A stretch of DNA of 52,772 nucleotides from positions 1 to 52,772 of the forward strand of contig JBCCXZ010000022.1 in assembly GCA_039190745.1 (NCBI GenBank). The letters run 5' to 3'. The DNA is from Planctomycetota bacterium. Lineage in GTDB: Bacteria > Planctomycetota > Planctomycetia > Pirellulales > Lacipirellulaceae. This document shows positions 17,738-25,466 of the stretch, in pieces. Within the stretch, counting starts at the first letter, position 1. Each line of letters begins with the position of its first letter. The translations under genes and the position numbers were made by a program. The notes beneath the pieces are model-generated. The model was given only the letters and a program-made list of their open reading frames with translations. It ran no database searches and was not told where the DNA came from.

Positions 17738-18985
17738 TTAGGCTTCGAGCACCACGTCGCCCGCGGGCACGCCGACGCAGGCGAGGCACTCGCGGTCGCC
17801 CAGCGGGACGCCGGGGGGTTTCACGTGCTGGATGTCGCCCTCGGCGACCGATACCGCGCACTGGCCGCAGCTCCCGGCGCGGCAGCCGAAGCGGAGCGGC
17901 ACGCCGTTCTGCTCGGCCAGCTCCAGGAGCGAGCCCTGGGCTCCGTTCCAGCTGGCAGTCTTGCCCGAGCTTTGGAACTCGACGCGGTACTCACGCTCGA
18001 TGTCTGCGACGGTACGCACCGCGTCGACGCTCGCCGGGCCGAAGGCCTCGTAGCGGATATCCTCGGTGGGGACGCCCCACTCCAGCAGCCCGGGGACGAT
18101 GGCGTGCATCATCGCCGGCGGGCCGCACAGGTAGAATCGGAAGTTGTTCGACGGCAGCACCTCGCGCAACCGCTGCAGGCTGACGTGGCCGCGGTGCCGG
18201 TAGTCGCGGCCGAGCTTGTCGGCCGGAGCGGGCCGCGAGTAGCTCGTGTCGACCATCGGCAGGCCGTCGGCCTCGAGCCGGGCGAACTCCGCGCGGAAGG
18301 GGTGGTGCATGCTATTGCGGAAGCCGGCGAAGAAGCAGCTGCCGGCGTGGCGTTCGGGGCGCAGGGATTGGGCCATGCTCACCAGCGGCGTCACGCCGAT
18401 GCCGGCGCCGACGAGCACCACCGGGCCGGTCTCGCCGGGGTCGAGGAAGAACCCGCCCTGGGGGGCTTGGCACTCGAGTTTGTCCCCGACGGCGACGCGC
18501 GTGTGTAGGAACGTGCTGGCGACGCCCGGCCCTTCTGCGCCGCAGGCGGAGGCGTCGATCCGTTTGACCGTGATCCGGTAGTGCGGCCCGGCGGGCTTCT
18601 GCGAGAGCGAGTAGCAGCGCACGAGGGGCGGCTCGTCGGGCGAGGGCTGCACCCGGATCGAGAGGTACTGCCCCGGCTCGAAGCGGGCGGGCGGCCGGCC
18701 GTCGGTCGGCTTGAGCAGCAGCGAGCGGCAGTCGGGCGTCTCGTCGTGGAGGCCCACAACCTCCAATTGCTTCCAGCCCTCCCAGGCGCGGAGCGAGGAC
18801 TGCGAAGCACGGGCCCGCTGGAGCGTCGACCGCACGCGGCTGCGGAAGGCTTGCCGCTTCTCGGCGGCGACGAGCCGGCGGCGGACGGCCGCGCGGGCCG
18901 ATCCCCACGCCAGCGTGCCGGCGAGCCAGGCGGCGGCCACGAGCAGGGCGGCGCCGATCAGTATGCCTACGATCCGACCGTCCAA
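17738..18985 (-). CDS. Membrane-anchored FAD/NAD(P)-binding oxidoreductase with a C-terminal [2Fe-2S] ferredoxin (FNR/PaaE-like)
   Basis: N-terminal TM helix; RCYSLS, GVAST, GAGIGVTP, FYLCGP, EAFG; CRAGSCGQC...CLAC. Confidence 0.9.
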   Translation of the reverse strand: MDGRIVGILIGAALLVAAAWLAGTLAWGSARAAVRRRLVAAEKRQAFRSRVRSTLQRARASQSSLRAWEGWKQLEVVGLHDETPDCRSLLLKPTDGRPPARFEPGQYLSIRVQPSPDEPPLVRCYSLSQKPAGPHYRITVKRIDASACGAEGPGVASTFLHTRVAVGDKLECQAPQGGFFLDPGETGPVVLVGAGIGVTPLVSMAQSLRPERHAGSCFFAGFRNSMHHPFRAEFARLEADGLPMVDTSYSRPAPADKLGRDYRHRGHVSLQRLREVLPSNNFRFYLCGPPAMMHAIVPGLLEWGVPTEDIRYEAFGPASVDAVRTVADIEREYRVEFQSSGKTASWNGAQGSLLELAEQNGVPLRFGCRAGSCGQCAVSVAEGDIQHVKPPGVPLGDRECLACVGVPAGDVVLEA

Positions 18986-19095
18986 TGGTGCGTCCTGCTG
19001 CGCGGTCCGTGCGATGGGCCCCGGTGTCGCCCCAACTCCGGTGTTGCCCTTAATTCAGTGCCCCCGTCCGCGGGGCTCTAATCCAGCGTGGCAGT

Positions 19096-20349
19096 CTACC
19101 GGATGGTTGCGGGTTCACGAAGGCTGGGTTGTTCCGGCCGCGTCGCGGTGCGAACCGACGGGGCTCGTTCCTGGGGAGCCTCCGGCTGCGGCAGCGGCAG
19201 GCCCCGGGCGAGTTGCTGGGCGTGCCGCGTCGCGGGGACCCAGCCGCCGCCCTCGGCGGTGAGCGTCTGGACCAAGTGCGCGATCGGTAGCCGCTCCAGC
19301 GGCGGCTGCGTGAGCACCGCGGCGCCCCCGCGTGCCAGCAAAGCGCCGGGGAACTCGGGGCATTGGCCGCTGAGTGCGATGCCTTGGGCGTCGATGCGGA
19401 AGCGGAACGCCGTGCGATCGAACGCAACGCCGCCCCCGGCCGGTTGCACTCGCAGACCGCAGCGGAGGCTTCGGTTCGCGGCTGCCAAGAGCGACGCTCC
19501 AGCGGCGCCAGGCCCGGCTTCCACGGCGCCGGCCGCTTCGAGCAGACGGTCGTCCGCCCAGGCGACGCGTTCCAAGATCAGGTCGCCCTCACCCTGCCAT
19601 TGGTGAGGGGAACCTTTCCCCAACAACGCATGGAGCGGGAAGTCTGCGAACGCTCCGACGACCTCGCCAGAGGTTGCCCCGCCGCGGTGCTCGACGCTCA
19701 ATCGGCCGGCGAAGCGGGCGTCCGACAGCCCGGCGAACCTATCAACCAGCGAACCCAGCACCCAGGCGGGCACGGGCCCTTGGCGGCAGTCACAGGTGAG
19801 CCGTACCGCGTCGCCCGCCTCGGCAGCTGTGATCCGCACGGGTTGCTTGTCGCAGCGGCCGGCTGCGCTCACACGCCATCCGGCGGCGCCGGAGTCTGCG
19901 TTGACCTCCACATCGCGGAGCGTCTCCGCGGAAGACTCGCCGCGGACTTGGAGCGACGCAACGCGGATGCGCATCGGTCGACCGGGTGTTGTGTTCCGAC
20001 CGAGCAAGAGTAGCGCTTGCCTGATCGTGCCCCCCTCGATGGCAGCGTTGCGGGCCGACAAGCCGCCGCTGGAGATTTGGACCGCTTCCAGTTCAACGGC
20101 GTTGGCCGCACCCTCGGGCATCCAGCGGAGACGGTCGAGACGCAACACACCGGGGCGGACGCGCTGGAATCCCTCCGCCTCGACCACGCCGCCGATCGGA
20201 GCAGCGACCGACGCCTCCCAACGCGCGGCGGCCCAGGGCGTCGACTCGTAAGCGCACCACAGCAGCGCCGCAGACGCGGGCAGCGCACAGCACGCGACGA
20301 ACAAGACGCGGCACAGCGTGCGCTGGGTGGTTTCGTGGAGTGAGAACAT
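19096..20349 (-). CDS. Hypothetical protein with an N-terminal membrane anchor and beta-rich body
   Basis: 417-aa ORF following aroC on the same strand; hydrophobic N-terminus; no catalytic motif recognised. Confidence 0.55.
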   Translation of the reverse strand: MFSLHETTQRTLCRVLFVACCALPASAALLWCAYESTPWAAARWEASVAAPIGGVVEAEGFQRVRPGVLRLDRLRWMPEGAANAVELEAVQISSGGLSARNAAIEGGTIRQALLLLGRNTTPGRPMRIRVASLQVRGESSAETLRDVEVNADSGAAGWRVSAAGRCDKQPVRITAAEAGDAVRLTCDCRQGPVPAWVLGSLVDRFAGLSDARFAGRLSVEHRGGATSGEVVGAFADFPLHALLGKGSPHQWQGEGDLILERVAWADDRLLEAAGAVEAGPGAAGASLLAAANRSLRCGLRVQPAGGGVAFDRTAFRFRIDAQGIALSGQCPEFPGALLARGGAAVLTQPPLERLPIAHLVQTLTAEGGGWVPATRHAQQLARGLPLPQPEAPQERAPSVRTATRPEQPSLREPATIR

Positions 20350-20419
20350 CCGTGTCTCGTAGTCGTGGCAGTCGCCGCATCTTGCGGCGTTCGTTCGTTT
20401 GCGTCTCGCTTGGTTCGGC

Positions 20420-21559
20420 CTAGCGCTCTTGGGCCATCTTGAGGAACAGCTCGTGGCGGGCCTCGATCTCGGCCAGGCTGTCGCCGCCGAACTTGTCGAT
20501 CACGGCCGCGGCCACCTCGAAGGCGACCACGCTCTCGACGATCACGCTCGCCGCGGAGATGGCGCACACGTCGCTCCGCTCGTAGCTGGCGCCCTCGGCC
20601 TCCTTGGTGTCGAGGTTGATCGACGCGAGCGGCTTGCGGAGTGTGCTGATCGGTTTCTTCGCGGCGCGGATCACGATCGGCTGGCCGTTGGTCATGCCCG
20701 CCTCGAGCCCGCCGGCGTTGTTCGTGGGGCGTTCGTAACCCAGATTCGGGGAGCCCTTCTGCGACTCGTCGTAGTGGATGGGGTCGTGCACCTGCGAGCC
20801 CGGGCGGCGGGCCGCCTCGAAGCCGAGGCCGATCTCCACGCCCTTGATCGCCTGCACCGCCATCACGGCCTGGGCCAGCCGGCCGTCGAGCTTGCGGTCC
20901 CACTGGGCGTGGGTGCCCAGCCCGAACGGCACGCCGTGCACCCGCACCTCGACGACGCCGCCGAGCGTGTCGCCCTCTTTGCCGGTGCTGTCGATCAGCT
21001 CTTTGATCGCGTCGTCTTGGGCCGTGTTGAGGCTGTAGACGATGCTGCGGTCGCGCTCGGCGATCAGTTCCTCGGCCGTGCCCTCGATGGGGTCGATCTT
21101 CTCGGGGCCGATCTCCGCGACGAAGCCGAACACGGTGATGCCGAGTTTGCCGAGCAGCTGCTTGGCGAGCGCGCCGGCGGCGACGCGGACGGCCGTCTCG
21201 CGGGCGCTGGCCCGTTCGAGCACGCCGCGGATGCTGCCGAGGTATTTCACAGCGCCGGTGAGGTCGCCGTGCCCCGGGCGGGGGCGCGGCAGGTCGTCCA
21301 GACGCTCCAGCTTGTAGTCGCGGTTGATGACCTCCAGCGCGATGGGGCCGCCGAGGGTGACGCCCTTCCAGACTCCGGTGCGGATGTCGACCTTGTCGGT
21401 CTCTATGCGCTGACGCCCGCCGCGGCCGTAGCCGCCCTGGCGCCGCTTGAGTTCGGCGTCGATCGGGTCGGTGTCGATCTCCACGCCCGCGGGGAACCCG
21501 TCGACCAGCGCCAACAGGGTCTTGCCGTGGGATTCGCCGGCGGTCCAGTAACGGAGCAT
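20420..21559 (-). CDS. aroC: Chorismate synthase
   Basis: MLRYWTAGESHG, RRQGGYGRGGR, PRPGHGD, ERASARETA, NNAGGLEAGMTNG, ERSDVC. Confidence 0.97.
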   Translation of the reverse strand: MLRYWTAGESHGKTLLALVDGFPAGVEIDTDPIDAELKRRQGGYGRGGRQRIETDKVDIRTGVWKGVTLGGPIALEVINRDYKLERLDDLPRPRPGHGDLTGAVKYLGSIRGVLERASARETAVRVAAGALAKQLLGKLGITVFGFVAEIGPEKIDPIEGTAEELIAERDRSIVYSLNTAQDDAIKELIDSTGKEGDTLGGVVEVRVHGVPFGLGTHAQWDRKLDGRLAQAVMAVQAIKGVEIGLGFEAARRPGSQVHDPIHYDESQKGSPNLGYERPTNNAGGLEAGMTNGQPIVIRAAKKPISTLRKPLASINLDTKEAEGASYERSDVCAISAASVIVESVVAFEVAAAVIDKFGGDSLAEIEARHELFLKMAQER

Positions 21560-21723
21560 TGCTCTAGGTGGGAGTACAGAGATGGGAGTGGGAATACGGA
21601 GAGGGAGGCCGCAGGAGAGTACGGACGCTTCCGGAAGGCAGCAAGCCCTGCATTGTACCCTGGCGCAGCGGCGCAAGATAGGCAACGTGCGAGGAACCGT
21701 TTTGGGGCTGAGTCGATTGAAGA

Positions 21724-21909
21724 GAAGGGGATGTGGGGATGTTGGAGATGACGGGTGATGAAAGAAGGAAGAGGAAAATTGTGGGAGGGCTCTCCGAGCA
21801 CGAGGGTACTCACCAGTGCTGACCGCTATCAACCTCCGAGAGGCATCCCACAAGTTCCTTCATATTCTCATTCATCCCCCGTATCCCCAATCATCTCCTC
21901 ATCTCCTTC
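21724..21909. repeat. Composite element copy 1: GGGGAT-rich inverted arms enclosing a family B doublet (21781-21851)
   Basis: Left arm gaaggggatgtggggatgttggagatgacgggtgatgaa; right arm ttcatcccccgtatccccaatcatctcctcatctccttc; core GTGGGAGGGCTCTCCGAGC ... CTCCGAGAGGCATCCCAC. Confidence 0.8.
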
Positions 21910-21921
21910 ACGTCAATCGAC

Positions 21922-22815
21922 TCAGCCAGCAAGAAATGGCAGGCCGGTGATCCGCTCGTAGGCGTCGACGTATTTCGCCCGGGTCTGGGCGACCACCTCT
22001 GCGGGCAGCGCGGGCGGGGGGCTGTTCTTGTCCCAGCCCGAGCCGCTCAGCCAGTCGCGGACGTACTGCTTGTCGAAAGAACGCTGCGGGCGGCCGGGCT
22101 CGTAGTCGTCGGCGGGCCAGAAGCGCGAGCTGTCGGGCGTCATCACCTCGTCGATCAGGATCAGTTCGCCATCGACGCGGCCGAATTCAAACTTGGTGTC
22201 GGCCAGCAGGATGCCCTTCTGGCGGGCGTGCTCGGCTCCGCGGCGGTAGATGGCGATGCTCCGCCGGCGGAGCTCTTCGGCAGTTTCGCGACCGACCGCT
22301 TCGACCATTTGCTCGAAGCGGATGTTCTCGTCGTGGTCGCCCTGCTCGGCTTTGGTGGCGGGGGTGAAGATCGGCTCGGGTAGCTCGGCGCTCTCGGTGA
22401 GTCCCGCCGGCAGGGGCACGCCGCAGACGCTCTGGCTCTGCTGGTATTCCTTCCACCCGGAGCCGGCGAGGTAGCCGCGCACCACGCACTCGACGGGCAC
22501 GACCTCGGTCTTGCGGACGACGGTGCTGCGACCGGCAAGCAGCGCCAAGTCGACTCCTTCGGGCAGGTTGTCGGCCGCGACCTCAGTGGCGATCAGGTGA
22601 TTGGGTTCGTCGAGCACATCGAACCAGAAGTTGCTCAGCTGAGTGAGCACGCGGCCCTTTTCGGGGATGCCGGTCGGGAGCACCCAGTCGAAGGCGCTGA
22701 TTCGGTCGGTGCTGACCAGGAGCAGCCGGTCGCCCAGGTCGTACACGTCGCGGACCTTGCCGCGGCGGACCGGGACGCCGGGGAGTTGGGTCTCAAGGAC
22801 GGTTTCGGCAGGCAA
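21922..22815 (-). CDS. purC: SAICAR synthase
   Basis: [60 protein letters not shown] start inferred. Confidence 0.96.
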   Translation of the reverse strand: MPAETVLETQLPGVPVRRGKVRDVYDLGDRLLLVSTDRISAFDWVLPTGIPEKGRVLTQLSNFWFDVLDEPNHLIATEVAADNLPEGVDLALLAGRSTVVRKTEVVPVECVVRGYLAGSGWKEYQQSQSVCGVPLPAGLTESAELPEPIFTPATKAEQGDHDENIRFEQMVEAVGRETAEELRRRSIAIYRRGAEHARQKGILLADTKFEFGRVDGELILIDEVMTPDSSRFWPADDYEPGRPQRSFDKQYVRDWLSGSGWDKNSPPPALPAEVVAQTRAKYVDAYERITGLPFLAG

Positions 22816-23049
22816 GAGGGTCCCCGCGGGGGTGGGCGTGGGTTGGCTTTCTCGGTTGTGTGGGAACAGCCGGGCACAGTATAGCGGGGCGAGTGGAGAG
22901 CGGCACCGGCCCGGCATCGCCCGCCGCGGCCGATTGCTGCTAAACTGCTAGTTTGGCGGCCGCCGGCTGACAGGGTTCCGGGCAGACACGACCCCGGGCT
23001 AGCAATCCCCGGATAGGCAACCCGCACCGCAAGACCCGAGACGGCCCCG

Positions 23050-24489
23050 ATGGCACAGCTGCGATTCCGCCTGCAAGACCGCAGCCGCCTCCCCGACGAA
23101 TGGCTCCATCGGCTCTACGTGGCCGGGTCTGAGGAGATCCCCTGGCCGACCCGCTGCTCGTGGCAGGGCGACCTGCTGCACGTCGAGCGGTCGGTCGTCG
23201 AGTCGGGGTGCGTCTCGGCGCCCTGGCCCGTCGAGGGCCGGCCCCGCACGGTGCTCACCACCGCCACGCTGATGGTGCGAGAGCGGCCGTACCAGCTTGA
23301 GGTCGAGCTCGCCCGCGGGCTGATCCAGCGAGTGCGCAACCGGCTGTTCCTGTGGGAATTCGTGGGGCTCCAGACGCCGCAGGACGTCGTGCAGCGGTTG
23401 CACGAGGCGACCAAGGTGTTCGCCCGCGCCGCGACGCACCAGCACGACCCGGCCGAGGCGGCGCGGCTGGCCGAAGAGGCGATCCGGCAGGGCCTCGACG
23501 CGGGTGAAGACCTCGTGGCCCACTTCGCGAGGCAGGCGATCGACGCCCGGCGGAAGCACGGGCCGATCTCGACGCTGCTGGGCGTCGCGCTGCCCCCCGA
23601 GCCGCCGGACGTGAGCGTCCGCCGCCGGCTGCTGGACGCCTGCAACATCGTGCAGATCCCCATGGGTTGGCGGGCGATCGAGAAGCGCGAAGGCAAACGC
23701 GACTGGACGGCCACCGACGACGTGCTCGGCTGGTGCCAGACCGCGGGCATCAAGGCGATCGCCGGGCCGCTCTTGCGGATGGAAGAAAACGGCGTGCCCG
23801 ACTGGATGTACCTCTGGGAGGGCGACTTCGATAATCTGGCCGGGCTGATCGTCGACCACGTCGAGTCGGTCGTGAAGCGTTACGCCGGGCGCGTGCACTT
23901 GTGGCACGTCGCCTCGAAGGTGAACGGCGGCACGCTGCTATCGCTCGACGAAGAGCAGCGGCTGCAGCTCGTAGCGCTCGCGCTCGAGGCGGTCCGCCGG
24001 CAAGACCCCCGCACGCCGACGGTGGTGTCGTTCAACCAGCCTTGGGGCGACTATCTGGCCCAACGCGACGACGAGTTGGCCCCGCTGCACTACGCCGACG
24101 CGTTGGTGCGGGCCGAGCTGGGCGTCTCCGGTTTTGGGCTGGAGATCGACGTGCGGAACCAACCCTCCGGCACGCTCCACAGGCCGTCGTTCGAGTTCGG
24201 CGCGCTGGTCGATCAATGGAGCATGATGGGCATGCCGCTGATGGTGTCGCTGGAGTGCGGGGGGGACGGGCCCGACGGGGCGACGCTCGACTTGAACGCG
24301 GCCGAGAAGGCGCAGCGTAAGTGGGCCGAGGCGATGCTGCCGCTGCTGTTGGCGCGCACGCCGGTGCAGGTGGTGCTGTGGAACCAGCTGAAGGACGGAA
24401 CGCAGCGGGCCTCCGGCCTGCTGGACGACACCGGGAACGCGAAGCCGACGCTGAAGCTGATGCAAGACCTGCGGAAGAGCTGCCTGTAG
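23050..24489 (+). CDS. GH10 (endo-1,4-beta-xylanase)-like TIM-barrel protein, catalytic motif apparently degenerate
   Basis: W..IE..EG..DW...D..L.WC...GI....GPL....VPDW, HVESVVKRYAGRV..W pattern; WHVASK stands where GH10 has WDVVNE. Confidence 0.6.
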   Translation: MAQLRFRLQDRSRLPDEWLHRLYVAGSEEIPWPTRCSWQGDLLHVERSVVESGCVSAPWPVEGRPRTVLTTATLMVRERPYQLEVELARGLIQRVRNRLFLWEFVGLQTPQDVVQRLHEATKVFARAATHQHDPAEAARLAEEAIRQGLDAGEDLVAHFARQAIDARRKHGPISTLLGVALPPEPPDVSVRRRLLDACNIVQIPMGWRAIEKREGKRDWTATDDVLGWCQTAGIKAIAGPLLRMEENGVPDWMYLWEGDFDNLAGLIVDHVESVVKRYAGRVHLWHVASKVNGGTLLSLDEEQRLQLVALALEAVRRQDPRTPTVVSFNQPWGDYLAQRDDELAPLHYADALVRAELGVSGFGLEIDVRNQPSGTLHRPSFEFGALVDQWSMMGMPLMVSLECGGDGPDGATLDLNAAEKAQRKWAEAMLPLLLARTPVQVVLWNQLKDGTQRASGLLDDTGNAKPTLKLMQDLRKSCL

Positions 24490-24524
24490 GGCGACTCGCT
24501 ATCTACTTGGCGCCGACCGGGCCG

Positions 24525-24920
24525 CTAGGCGCCGACCAAGTGCCCCTGCACCGCGTCGACCCGCGAGCGGTAGGACGGCAGAGCCCGGTCGAGCCGGCAG
24601 ATGTGCAGTGCCTCGGCGCAGCCGGGCGAGACCCCGCACAGCCGCAGGGCGCCGTCGTGCTGCATCACCCGCTTCTGCAGCATGATGAGCTGGCCCATCA
24701 TGCGGCTGGGCAGGAAATCGACCTCGTCCATCTCCAGCACGAGCCGGTAGATGAAGTGCTGGTCCAGCAGCGACCAGAGGCGGTCGGCGAGCCCGTCGAT
24801 GGTCTCCTCGCTCGCGTCGATCCGCACGAAGAGCCAGTCCGGCCCGCGGTCGATGCGCCAGCGCCTGCCGGCTTCGTCGGGGTCGGTGTTCAGAACGTGT
24901 TCCAATTGACGATCGACCAT
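24525..24920 (-). CDS. STAS-domain protein (anti-sigma factor antagonist-like)
   Basis: LVLEMDEVDFLPSRMMGQLIMLQKRV...GALRLCGVSP..AEALHICRLD. Confidence 0.8.
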   Translation of the reverse strand: MVDRQLEHVLNTDPDEAGRRWRIDRGPDWLFVRIDASEETIDGLADRLWSLLDQHFIYRLVLEMDEVDFLPSRMMGQLIMLQKRVMQHDGALRLCGVSPGCAEALHICRLDRALPSYRSRVDAVQGHLVGA

Positions 24921-25086
24921 GATCACGCCCCCCAAAGAGAAGAAGTGTTGCAGGCGGGCCGCCGGGTGTCGTTCCTTCGTCTTGCTGATCTCGGGCCCGA
25001 TTCGGTCGATCCTACCCCCATCGGCGTATCCGCCACAACGCAAGTTTTTTGGGGACGCAACGCTAGCACGCCGGTCTGGGCCTGCG

Positions 25087-25371
25087 CTACTGCTTGTAGA
25101 CCTTGTGCTGGGGCCGGCCGGCGAGGATCTCTTCCTTGCCCCAGTTGGTGACGGCGCGGAACGCCTCGCTGCGGATGAAGCTGGTGAAGGCGTCCTCGTC
25201 GGACCACTCGCTGGTGATGAGGTACGACGCCCCATCGGCAACATCCCTCCAGAGGTTGCTGGAGGCGTGCCCCTCCGCCGCGTTGAGGGCGCCGATCACG
25301 GCGGCGAACTTCTCCTCGAAGCTTGCCTGCTTGCCTTCGATCACTTTGTAATTCATGCCGACGGTAATCAT
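25087..25371 (-). CDS. Antibiotic biosynthesis monooxygenase (ABM)-family protein
   Basis: 94 aa; VIEGKQASFEE.F, YLITSEWSDEDAF..FIRSEAF. Confidence 0.8.
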   Translation of the reverse strand: MITVGMNYKVIEGKQASFEEKFAAVIGALNAAEGHASSNLWRDVADGASYLITSEWSDEDAFTSFIRSEAFRAVTNWGKEEILAGRPQHKVYKQ

Positions 25372-25426
25372 GGGAGGCTTCCTTGTTGAATGTGTTCGTT
25401 GACACTCAGAGGAGTCGAGACGAACG

Positions 25427-25455
25427 CATCTGCGTTCATCTGTGTTCATCTGTGG
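25427..25455. repeat. Decamer tandem repeat (CATCTGYGTT)x3 just downstream of alaS
   Basis: catctgcgtt catctgtgtt catctgtgg. Confidence 0.7.
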
Positions 25456-25466
25456 CTATTCTTGCT

